From positions 2,010,001 to 2,042,000 of the forward strand of contig NC_013849.1 of NCBI RefSeq assembly GCF_000025505.1: 32,000 bases of DNA, in the 5' to 3' direction. The DNA comes from Ferroglobus placidus DSM 10642 (GTDB lineage Archaea; Halobacteriota; Archaeoglobi; Archaeoglobales; Archaeoglobaceae). Under the pieces are notes generated by a model. It searched no databases, was not told where the DNA came from, and saw only the letters and a list, made by a program, of their open reading frames with translations. The translations under genes were made by a program, and so were the position numbers. Position 1 is the first letter of the stretch, and every line of letters starts with the position of its first letter. Below, piece after piece: positions 17,211 to 25,684 of the stretch.

Positions 17211-17732
17211 ATGCCGAAAGGTAGACATTCGGTGGTGGAGTTCAAGAACGGAGTAGCTGTGAAGAAGTTCAAGAAAGAGCTCAAGCTGAACTTCTGGAAG
17301 GAGGCTTACTTCCTAACGATCCTTCAACCCTTCAAGTTCGTTCCCAGACTTTATAAGGTCTATCCGGAGAAACTTGAGATTCACATGGAGAGGCTCGAAG
17401 GAATTCCGATAGGAAAGTACATCGAAAACGGTTTCGATGAGAGGGTTTTAGAGGCTTTGAAAATATGCAGAATACTCGACAGGCTCGGAATAAACAAAGA
17501 GGAGATGACTCACCCGGACAAGCACGTAATCATCGGAGAAAGAGTCTGGTTCATAGATTTTGAGAGGGGAGTTTTGAGGGAAAAACCAGCTAACGTAACC
17601 CAATTCTCGATATATCTCGCTAAAAAGCTTGGAAAAAATGACTGGGGGGGTTTAAGCTCTTTATTGAGAAATTACAAGAGAAGGTTCGACGAAGAAAGCT
17701 TTAAGAAGATCTTGGAGTTCTTTACTCGGTAA
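17211..17732 (+). CDS. RIO/Kdo-kinase-like putative protein kinase family protein
   Basis: VVEFKNGVAVKKFKKE...FWKEAYFLTILQPFKFVPRLYKVYPEKLEIHMERLEGIPIGKYIE...LDRLGINKEEMTHPDKHVIIGERVWFIDFERGV. Listed ORF begins at 17133; internal ATG at 17211 preferred. Confidence 0.65.
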   Translation: MPKGRHSVVEFKNGVAVKKFKKELKLNFWKEAYFLTILQPFKFVPRLYKVYPEKLEIHMERLEGIPIGKYIENGFDERVLEALKICRILDRLGINKEEMTHPDKHVIIGERVWFIDFERGVLREKPANVTQFSIYLAKKLGKNDWGGLSSLLRNYKRRFDEESFKKILEFFTR

Positions 17733-18027
17733 TCTTCTCTATCATCTCCCCGATCTTTTTCATGTAGTCCATGAGGCTTTTGTAGTCGTCCTTTAACTTC
17801 TTTATCTGTTCCTCCCCTCCTTCTCTTATTACGGCTCCGTGAGGTGTTGGCTCTATAATTCCGGCATGCTCCAGCGTTCTCAAGGAATACCTCACTTTGT
17901 GCTTCGGCATGTTGAGTAATTCGGAAAGCTTGAAGATTCCTATCGGCTGATTCTTCATCACCGCCTCCAACACGATTAAATGCCTGACAACGATCTCAGC
18001 TTCACTGAGTAACTTTCTCAGCACCAT
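17722..18027 (-). CDS. HTH-domain protein (winged helix, archaeal)
   Basis: HLIVLEAVMKNQPIGIFKLSELLNMPKHKVRYSLRTLEHAGIIEPTPHGAVI. Confidence 0.7.
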   Translation of the reverse strand: MVLRKLLSEAEIVVRHLIVLEAVMKNQPIGIFKLSELLNMPKHKVRYSLRTLEHAGIIEPTPHGAVIREGGEEQIKKLKDDYKSLMDYMKKIGEMIEKITE

Positions 18028-18126
18028 TACTCAACACCTCAATATATCTCGAACTATTATTACAAACTATTATTATTTAAGTTTTTTCTCAAAATTATTT
18101 TAAACGAAATTAACAAGCTTTCGGCG

Positions 18127-20067
18127 ATGAGACAAATGAGTTCCATCGACATAAGAGCCGTGCTGAACGAACTTAAAATCGAAGGTATGAAAGTGGATAA
18201 AGTATACCATTATCCTCCCAACGAGTTCAGGATAAAACTTAGAGGTAGAGGGAGAGTAGACTTTCTCGTAGAGGCTGGAAAAAGAATTCACGCGACGGAG
18301 TTTCCGAAAGAGAGTCCGAAGTTTCCGTCATCAATTGCCATGCTTTTAAGAAAGCATCTGGAGAACGCGAGAGTTGAAAGAGTTTACCAGCACGATTTTG
18401 ATAGGATCGTCGTTATTGAATTTTCCAGAGGGGATGAAAAGAAGATAATGGTTGCTGAACTCTTCGGGAAGGGCAACCTCCTACTCTTGGACGAAGATTT
18501 TAAAGTTATTCTTTCGACAAATCCCTCCTACAAGATCGGAGACGCTTATAGCTTTCCCGAAAAAAGGCTCACGCCTTTTGATGTAAGATCACCTAAAGAC
18601 CTCGAAGAAATTTTGGATGAGAGAGAAGTCGTAAAGACTCTCGCAACCAAGCTCGGACTGGGAGGACTTTACGCTGAAGAGATTCTCGAAAGAGCTGGAG
18701 TGAACAAAAAAAAGCCCGGAAAAGAGCTTGAAGAAGATGAAGTTAGAAGAATATTCGAGGAGATGAAAAAGATTTTCGAAGACGTCGAAAACTGCAATTT
18801 CAACCCTCATATAATACTCAAAGACGGGGATTACGTAGATTATCAGCCGATAGATTTGAAAAAGTACGAAGGTTACGAAAAGAAGTACTTCGAAAGCTTC
18901 AACAAAGCTGTTGACGAATTTTACACGAGAAGCGCTCTTAAAGAAATAGAGGTAAAGGAAAAGAAGAGCGAAGTCATCGAAAAGCTCGAAAACAGATTGA
19001 AAATCCAGCTCGAAACGAAGGAAAGATACGAAAGGGAATCTGAGAAGCTGAGAAGAATTGGAGACTTAATCTACGAAAAATATCCCATCGTGGAGAGAAT
19101 ACACTCGGCTTTGAAAAAAGCGGTTGAGCTGAAAGGTTTTGATGAGGTAAAAAAGATACTGGCTGAGCAGAAAAAAGCTGGAAAACTGAAGGAAATACTC
19201 GATATAATTCCAAAAGAAAAAGCCGTTGTTTTATCGATCGACGACGTGAAGTTCAAGCTCTTCCTCGATAAGAACTTGCATGAAAATGCGGAATACTACT
19301 ACGATCAAGCCAAAAAGCTGAAGGAAAAAGTAAACGGAATTGTAAAGGCTATAGAGAAAACCAGAGAGGAAATTAGAAGGGCGGAAGAGATCGAAGCGAA
19401 AAAGATTCTCTCGGAGTTCAGAGTCGTGAGGAGAAGAGAGTGGTACGAGAAGTACAGGTGGTACATAACTTCCGAAGGTTTTCTCGTTATCGGCGGGAGA
19501 AACGCCGAAATGAACGAGGAAATAGTTTCAAAGCACTTCGAGAGCAAGGATTTATTCTTCCACACTCAAACTCCCGGAGGGGCTGTAACAATCCTTAAAA
19601 GGGGATTGGAGGCTGGTGAGAAAAGCATAAAGGAGGCTGCTGAATTTGCGGCAATATACTCGGCTTTGTGGAAGCACGGAATGCACAGCGGGGAAGTTTA
19701 CTATGTGACGTACGAGCAAGTGAAAAGAGCTGCCAAACCCGGAGAATACCTGCCGAAAGGAAGCTTCTACATTGTCGGAAAGAGAAACTACCTTTCGGTA
19801 GAGTTGAAAGCCGCTATAGGTGTAGATCTCGAAAATCTTAGAGTTATAGGCGGTCCGGTAGAAGGAGTGAAGAAGCACGCAGACTATTACGTGGTGATAG
19901 GGATCGGCGACAAGGAGGTTAACGAAATTAGCGTGGAAATAGCGAAAATTTTCTACGAGAAGTGCAAGGAGGAGGAAAAGCATTTGGTGAGAGCTATAGC
20001 CACTCCGGACGAAATTGCTAAGTTTTTACCTCCGGGGAAATCGAGGATAATTGAGGTGAAAGCGTGA
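18127..20067 (+). CDS. rqcH: Ribosome-associated quality control protein RqcH (NFACT family)
   Basis: SSIDIRAVLNELK.EGMKVDKVYHYPPNEFRIKL, FPSSIAMLLRKHLENARV, NFACT-R region WYRWYITSEGFLVIGGRNAEMNEEIVSKHFESKDLFFHTQTPGG. Confidence 0.9.
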   Translation: MRQMSSIDIRAVLNELKIEGMKVDKVYHYPPNEFRIKLRGRGRVDFLVEAGKRIHATEFPKESPKFPSSIAMLLRKHLENARVERVYQHDFDRIVVIEFSRGDEKKIMVAELFGKGNLLLLDEDFKVILSTNPSYKIGDAYSFPEKRLTPFDVRSPKDLEEILDEREVVKTLATKLGLGGLYAEEILERAGVNKKKPGKELEEDEVRRIFEEMKKIFEDVENCNFNPHIILKDGDYVDYQPIDLKKYEGYEKKYFESFNKAVDEFYTRSALKEIEVKEKKSEVIEKLENRLKIQLETKERYERESEKLRRIGDLIYEKYPIVERIHSALKKAVELKGFDEVKKILAEQKKAGKLKEILDIIPKEKAVVLSIDDVKFKLFLDKNLHENAEYYYDQAKKLKEKVNGIVKAIEKTREEIRRAEEIEAKKILSEFRVVRRREWYEKYRWYITSEGFLVIGGRNAEMNEEIVSKHFESKDLFFHTQTPGGAVTILKRGLEAGEKSIKEAAEFAAIYSALWKHGMHSGEVYYVTYEQVKRAAKPGEYLPKGSFYIVGKRNYLSVELKAAIGVDLENLRVIGGPVEGVKKHADYYVVIGIGDKEVNEISVEIAKIFYEKCKEEEKHLVRAIATPDEIAKFLPPGKSRIIEVKA

Positions 20068-20513
20068 TAGTTGTGATCGGCGTCGGAAACCTGCTTATGA
20101 AGGACGACGGATTTGGAATTCACGTCATCGAAAGATTGAAAGCTGAAAATATTAATGCCGAGATCGTAGATGCTATGACGAACGTTCAAATTTTGCTCTC
20201 AGCGATGGAAGGAAAGAGAAAAGCCATAATCGTAGACGCGATCGATTTTGAAGGAGAGGTGGGAGAAATAAAGATAATACGATTCGATCCCGAAAAAATT
20301 CCGGAAGATTTGAAGCTTAGCGTTCACGACATCCATTTTAGAGATGCGATAGCCATGGCTAAGGGAATCTACGATCTTCCAGATGAGATAGTGGTTGTGG
20401 GGGTTAAGCCGAAGGAGATCAAGCCGGAAATAGGGTTGAGCGAAGAATTGGAGAAAAGAATCGAAGAGGTTGTTGAAATAATAAAGAGGAAGATCACTTC
20501 TTCCGGTACTTAG
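20064..20513 (+). CDS. Hydrogenase maturation protease (HyaD/HycI family)
   Basis: MIVVIGVGNLLMKDDGFGIHVIERLK...EIVDAMTN...KAIIVDAIDF...LSVHDIHFRDAI; overlaps rqcH. Confidence 0.85.
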   Translation: MIVVIGVGNLLMKDDGFGIHVIERLKAENINAEIVDAMTNVQILLSAMEGKRKAIIVDAIDFEGEVGEIKIIRFDPEKIPEDLKLSVHDIHFRDAIAMAKGIYDLPDEIVVVGVKPKEIKPEIGLSEELEKRIEEVVEIIKRKITSSGT

Positions 20514-21705
20514 AGTAGATGTAGTTCTTCAGGTTTAGCGGATTGGGGAAGTAGAATATCGACCCTTTTCCGGCTGCTTTGAGCATTCTTTCGCATAAAG
20601 CGTAAAATCTGCTATCGTCGTTGAGCATTAGCACGTTTAAATTTATATCCTCATCTTTTAGCTTTGCACTCTCAATTACCGCCATCTTCCAGGGAGGAAT
20701 CAGAGGGTTGTAGCTTGCAGTAGGCTCGCCATCTGTTATGAGAATCACGTACTTAGCTCCGTCTTTTCCTCTCAGAGCGTTTCTTGCAGTCTTTAAAGCA
20801 AGAGCTATGTCCGTCCTTCCTTCCACGTCTACATTCACTATGTCCCCTTCTCTTATCTTCTCAGTTCTGTGGTTGAAAACGAAAACTTCGAGATCGTCGA
20901 ATCCTTTCCTTATGCTCATCTTTAAAGCCAGCGCAGCCTCTATTGCTCCTACTATTTTCTTCCCCCTCATCGAGTCGCTCACGTCTATGAGCATTACGAA
21001 GTGTCTCTTTCCGACTTTCTTGGGATTCCTCGAAACTATGTCTTTTTCTCTTATTTCGAAATCTTCGTTTTTAGCAGCCCTTATCATAGTCTCGGGTATG
21101 TCGATGAGGTCGTAGGAGTGCAAGTACTCATCGTATTCCACAAGCTCGTATCCCGGGATGTAGGAAAGCGTCTCTCCTTCGGATTCAGCGTAATATCCTT
21201 TAGCTTCCTTCGAAACCTCTTTCATAACTTTTTGCGCAATTATCCTTTCCGCTTGCCTGCTGAACTTTACCTTCCTCCTGAAAAACCTCTTCGTGACCCC
21301 TTCTATTATCCCCATTTCGATTAGCTCTTTTAGCGCTTCTTCAAAGAAGTAGTCGAGGAGCTCTTTGAAGTTTATGTCTTCAACTTTTAACTCTCCGGAG
21401 CGGAGCTTCTCTTTTATCTCCTCCCAAGCTTTCGACTTTGCCTCTACGTATTTCTCAAATTTGTCCATCCACAGAGCTTCAGCGTAGCCGAAGTTCCTCA
21501 TCATGTCGTTGAAAATTGCGGAATAGCTGTCGAAGTTTTCAGCCAGCTCCTCGTCGCTTATCTTCTGTTTGATGAAGTTCTTTACGTTGAAGTTACCTCT
21601 GTCCATTGCGTAGGGGTTGAAGATATGGTAAGCTAAGTTTTCGGCAAATTCAGCCGGAATACTATCTTCCTTACAGCTCCTGCACTCTGGTTTCGTAAAC
21701 TCCAT
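20494..21705 (-). CDS. VWA domain protein (MoxR partner, CoxE-like)
   Basis: HFVMLIDVSDSMRGKKIVGAIEAALALKMS (MIDAS DxSxS), ...GRTDIALALKTARNAL..., ILITDGEPTASY. Confidence 0.87.
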   Translation of the reverse strand: MEFTKPECRSCKEDSIPAEFAENLAYHIFNPYAMDRGNFNVKNFIKQKISDEELAENFDSYSAIFNDMMRNFGYAEALWMDKFEKYVEAKSKAWEEIKEKLRSGELKVEDINFKELLDYFFEEALKELIEMGIIEGVTKRFFRRKVKFSRQAERIIAQKVMKEVSKEAKGYYAESEGETLSYIPGYELVEYDEYLHSYDLIDIPETMIRAAKNEDFEIREKDIVSRNPKKVGKRHFVMLIDVSDSMRGKKIVGAIEAALALKMSIRKGFDDLEVFVFNHRTEKIREGDIVNVDVEGRTDIALALKTARNALRGKDGAKYVILITDGEPTASYNPLIPPWKMAVIESAKLKDEDINLNVLMLNDDSRFYALCERMLKAAGKGSIFYFPNPLNLKNYIYSKYRKK

Positions 21706-23092
21706 CTCCGACCCTCTCCACCAAGCCCGTACATCTCTTTATCGATTCGAGGAGAATCTCGAAAGCTGAAGGAATCTCTTCCGGCTTTCTGCTCATTAAT
21801 AGTATGTACTTCCAGAAGGTCTCCATTTCTTTCGGCGAGTCTTCGTAAACGTTTATTATTTCTTTCTTCCTAAGCTCCCTCGAAAGCTTCCTGAAGTCTG
21901 AATCTTCGATGCTGCCGTAAATTTCACCGCAAGTTCTGTTTATCGCCTCTTCGACAAGCTTTTCTATTATTGTGTCCTTTTCAGCCTCGTAATCCACTTC
22001 AATCCTACTCCTCAACCCGAGCTTGATAACCTCGTAGCATTCTCCGTAGTCCGAAAGCATCACGACGCTTCTCCCTTTCCTCGTAGCGTTCGCCTTTACG
22101 TGGTCGAATAGCTTTATTGTAGCTCTGCAGGAAGGTTCGCTTTCTATTCTCGCCGCATATCTGCATCTCTCTTTGTTTCTCGCGTATCTAACGACTCTCG
22201 CCAAGATTTTGAGGTGCCACTCTGGAATTGTCGCTCCGTTCTTTAGACTCATGTTTCTCAAACCGATCTCTATCTCCTCTTTCAACGTTTCCGGAGGTCC
22301 TATCGGAATGGCTTCCATTCTGTCAAGGAGCGGCTCCTTTATGGCTTCGGTACCTCTGTAGTTGGCTGGATTAGTCGAGGCTATGAAAATCGCGTCAATT
22401 TTTAGCGGAACTATTTCGCCTTCTGGAGTCGTTACCTGCTTTTCCTCAATAAGTTCGTGAAGCAGCGTTTGCAGAGCTGAGGGAATCGAACCGAGTTCGT
22501 CGAAATAAGCGATACCTCTGTTCGCTTTAAGCACCCTTCCTGGCGTGAAAACTTCCGGATGATCCAAATCGTATCCCTCTCTTATTTTCTGAATGCTGAT
22601 ACCACCGATGAGCTGTCTTGTCGTCATCATCGGATCTCCCGGAATTCTTATCCACTTCCTTCCTATCCAAGTTAGCTCCACTTTTTCCTCTTCCATTACC
22701 TTCCTCTTGCAAGCAAAGCAGCTCGGTCTTACTGGATTATCGTGAATCTTGCACCCTTTAATAGCAAGCTGCCTCTCCGGAAGGAGCTTGGCTATCGACT
22801 TCGAGAAAGTTGTTTTACCGTAACCCTTCTTACCGACGAAAAGAATGCTTGAGCCTGAAATCAGGGCATTCTTAACCATCTCTTTTTCGATCTTCTTTCC
22901 GACAATTTCGTAGAACGGATCCTCTCCTCTCCTCTCGTACTCGAGAATTTTTTCTCTGACGAGCTCGTGAAGCGGCTTTTCCCAGTACGCTCTGAACTCG
23001 TCGGAAAATATGTCTACCTCTTCTCCGTTAAGCAAGAAGGTTGGTGCTGAGCTTTCCTTAACCTCTACTTCTTTGAATATGTACTCCTCCAT
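21671..23092 (-). CDS. MoxR/Mg-chelatase-like AAA+ ATPase with inserted Cys cluster
   Basis: SSILFVGKKGYGKTTFSKSI Walker A; GIAYFDELGSIPSALQTLLHELIEEKQV; IFIASTNP; insertion CKIHDNPVRPSCFACKRKV. Confidence 0.88.
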   Translation of the reverse strand: MEEYIFKEVEVKESSAPTFLLNGEEVDIFSDEFRAYWEKPLHELVREKILEYERRGEDPFYEIVGKKIEKEMVKNALISGSSILFVGKKGYGKTTFSKSIAKLLPERQLAIKGCKIHDNPVRPSCFACKRKVMEEEKVELTWIGRKWIRIPGDPMMTTRQLIGGISIQKIREGYDLDHPEVFTPGRVLKANRGIAYFDELGSIPSALQTLLHELIEEKQVTTPEGEIVPLKIDAIFIASTNPANYRGTEAIKEPLLDRMEAIPIGPPETLKEEIEIGLRNMSLKNGATIPEWHLKILARVVRYARNKERCRYAARIESEPSCRATIKLFDHVKANATRKGRSVVMLSDYGECYEVIKLGLRSRIEVDYEAEKDTIIEKLVEEAINRTCGEIYGSIEDSDFRKLSRELRKKEIINVYEDSPKEMETFWKYILLMSRKPEEIPSAFEILLESIKRCTGLVERVGDGVYETRVQEL

Positions 23093-23167
23093 TGGATAAT
23101 ACTCTTGAAACTATAATTTATACAGTTTTTGGTTTGAAAACAAAAGAGAAAAATAAAAAATTTTAAT

Positions 23168-24769
23168 TTAAACCTCCTTAGTTAGTTCTTCGCAGTACTT
23201 TTTGACAATCTCTTCCTCCGGTGGTTTGGTGAGCAGCGAGACTATGATGAAGAGTATGAATCCCACTGGAATAGCCCAGACTTGGTGAGGAGTAATTAGC
23301 GCAGCTTTGTTTCCGAACAGAATGTCGTTGAGGAAGAAGAACGCGTGATGTCCGAGGACGAGTTTAGCCCTCAGCCAGGCGAAGAGGTGAAGTATCGTCA
23401 TGATTATCGCAGTAGTCCACATGGCAGCTCTCGTAGCCCTCTTCCACCAAAGTCCTAAGATCAACCCGGGACCGAGAGCGGAGATTATGACGACGAAAGC
23501 CCACCCACTTAAATCGAGCACGAGTCCCGGTGGATTCAGGGCGACGACGAGTCCGATGAGTAGGAATATCACCGAGACGATTCTTGCAACGAGAATTGGC
23601 TTTTCTTTAGCCAACTTGCTCTTTAGCATCAGTTCTCCCCAGTCCCTCGTTACGAGCGTGTTAACGACCATAACCCATCCGGCGGCTGTGGACATAGCAA
23701 TAGCCAAACCACCAGCACAGAGTATTCCGAGTATCCACGGATTTTGCAACGCTTCAACCGTTGCAATCATCGAGTAGTCCGGCCAGTTTCCTACGCCGTA
23801 AGTTGCCATGTATCCCTTTAGAAATTCAACAGCATTCTTTCCAGTTCCGCCGAGGGGACCGTGTTCGATCATGTACTTCGAAGCAGCTCCGATGATTTGC
23901 AAAGCGACGTAGAATATTCCGGCAAACAAAGTCGTCCAGAATATGCTTCTCCTCGCAGTTTTTATGTCCATGACCGTGAAGAATCTGACGACCGTATAAG
24001 GCATCGTTGCAAATCCGTAGTGCCAGACGAAGAACCAACCTATAACGGCGATCCAAGTTCCGCTGAGAAGGTGCGGCACGTCTGGAGCGTCACTTGGCGT
24101 GTTCCAGAACTTGGGTGCGGATGTTAATATCGCATTGTTCAATCCTTCGAGACCTCCGAGCTTTACAACAATTCCAATCGCCGCTATCACAGCTGCAACC
24201 GTCATTAGAACTGCCTGGAAAGCTGCGTTCCAGCTAGTTGCGATCATTCCACCCCAGACGACATAGAGCATCACTATGACCGTTCCCACGACAACTCCTA
24301 TCCAGTAGGGGACTTTGGCAATCGCCAAGAGGAACAGAGCCATACCGACGATGGACAGCGTAATGTAGAGAATGGCTCCAATAACTACGACTATACCTAT
24401 TAGCCACCTCAGTCTTTGATCGTTGTACCTGTCAGCGTAATAATCGGCGAAGCTCGTCGGAGCGTATTTTCTCAAAGCAGTAGCGGTAAGAAGCGTAGCT
24501 AAGGGCATTCCTGCTATAATTGCTGCCATAGCCCACCAGAAGGGATAACCGAGAATAAAGATGTAAGCTGGCAGTCCGAGCATCGAAGCTGGACTTAAGT
24601 AGGTGGACTCGAGAGCTAATCCGTTAACTACACTTCCTATTTGCCTTCCAGCAACGTAGTAATCTGTCGCACTCTTTAGCCTTGCCCTCGAATAGTAACC
24701 TATGGCTATAATAGCTATAAAATACAGCACTGTGATCAATATAACCGGAGCCTCAACCTCGGCCATCAC
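23168..24769 (-). CDS. Sodium:solute symporter family protein (ActP-like)
   Basis: ARLKSATDYYVAGRQIGSVVNGLALESTYLSPASMLGLPAYIFILGYPFWWAMA..., VVWGGMIATSWNAAFQAVLM. Confidence 0.9.
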   Translation of the reverse strand: MMAEVEAPVILITVLYFIAIIAIGYYSRARLKSATDYYVAGRQIGSVVNGLALESTYLSPASMLGLPAYIFILGYPFWWAMAAIIAGMPLATLLTATALRKYAPTSFADYYADRYNDQRLRWLIGIVVVIGAILYITLSIVGMALFLLAIAKVPYWIGVVVGTVIVMLYVVWGGMIATSWNAAFQAVLMTVAAVIAAIGIVVKLGGLEGLNNAILTSAPKFWNTPSDAPDVPHLLSGTWIAVIGWFFVWHYGFATMPYTVVRFFTVMDIKTARRSIFWTTLFAGIFYVALQIIGAASKYMIEHGPLGGTGKNAVEFLKGYMATYGVGNWPDYSMIATVEALQNPWILGILCAGGLAIAMSTAAGWVMVVNTLVTRDWGELMLKSKLAKEKPILVARIVSVIFLLIGLVVALNPPGLVLDLSGWAFVVIISALGPGLILGLWWKRATRAAMWTTAIIMTILHLFAWLRAKLVLGHHAFFFLNDILFGNKAALITPHQVWAIPVGFILFIIVSLLTKPPEEEIVKKYCEELTKEV

Positions 24770-24990
24770 GCCTCACCTCTCGCTCTCTTCTCTTCAGCCT
24801 TCTCCGGGAAGTAGAAGTAGATAATCGACATTATCAGTGGTATCAAGAAAGTCCCCATTATCCCTGCATACCAGAGCGGTGCCAGCGGTATGTGGTTGAT
24901 TTTCATTGTCGCCTCCAGAATCCAGCAGAGCGCTGTCCATCCGTAAAACAAAAAGGCTCCTACCCAGAACACCTTAGGTGGCCATGGCAT
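24766..24990 (-). CDS. Small two-TM membrane protein, probable symporter accessory subunit
   Basis: 74 aa hydrophobic ORF overlapping the symporter start by 4 nt. Confidence 0.6.
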   Translation of the reverse strand: MPWPPKVFWVGAFLFYGWTALCWILEATMKINHIPLAPLWYAGIMGTFLIPLIMSIIYFYFPEKAEEKRARGEA

Positions 24991-25081
24991 ACGATCACCA
25001 ATCTATTAATTAATTGTGTCAAATTTAAATTTTTCGTTATACTTTTCAATAATATTAATTGTTCATCATAATAAACACGAA

Positions 25082-25684
25082 TTAGAGCATCAGCGGTTTG
25101 TCGTAAAAGTCTTCTTTTTTTATTGCTCTTAATACGTCTTCGAACTTTCTCAACCCGTATTTTAATAGCCTTAATAGCTGCATCTGGAAAATCTGTGCGG
25201 TAATGTAAGCGTCGGACAGAGCGGAATGGCGATACGCTACATCAACTCCGTACTTTTTGGCGAGATCCTCCAACGTCACGTCCTTCATGTAATCTCCAAA
25301 AAGTCTCCCTACGAGCTTCTCAACATCAGCTATATCAACGTACTTGCATTCGAAAACAACTTCACATTCCTTAAACGACTTCTTCAAAAACTCAATGTCC
25401 AGATTTATCGAATACCCGACGATAATCCTTTCGTTCAGCTTTTCCAGTATTTCCTCCTTTACCTCGCAGAAGGTGGGAGCTTCTTCGACCATCCTTGGAG
25501 TGATTCCGTGGTACTTTACGGAGTCAATTTTAAACCTCCTCGGTTTCAGAATTCTGTAGTAAGCTTCGGAAAATAGGATTTTCAAGCCGTCCATCGGTAT
25601 GATTGCTATGGAGATTATTTCATCTTTTTTTACGTTCAATCCCGTCGTTTCAACGTCTACAACAGCAAATTTTTCCTCTCTCAA
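25082..25684 (-). CDS. DnaQ-like DEDDh 3'-5' exonuclease
   Basis: FAVVDVETTGLN, IVGYSINLDIEFLKK, YRHSALSDAYITAQIF. Confidence 0.9.
   Translation of the reverse strand: MREEKFAVVDVETTGLNVKKDEIISIAIIPMDGLKILFSEAYYRILKPRRFKIDSVKYHGITPRMVEEAPTFCEVKEEILEKLNERIIVGYSINLDIEFLKKSFKECEVVFECKYVDIADVEKLVGRLFGDYMKDVTLEDLAKKYGVDVAYRHSALSDAYITAQIFQMQLLRLLKYGLRKFEDVLRAIKKEDFYDKPLML

Noticed and set aside
18589-19983. Cluster of antisense ORFs inside rqcH (18589, 18974, 19071, 19305, 19552)
   Set aside because: All opposite a well-supported NFACT gene; phenylalanine/serine-rich shadow ORFs.
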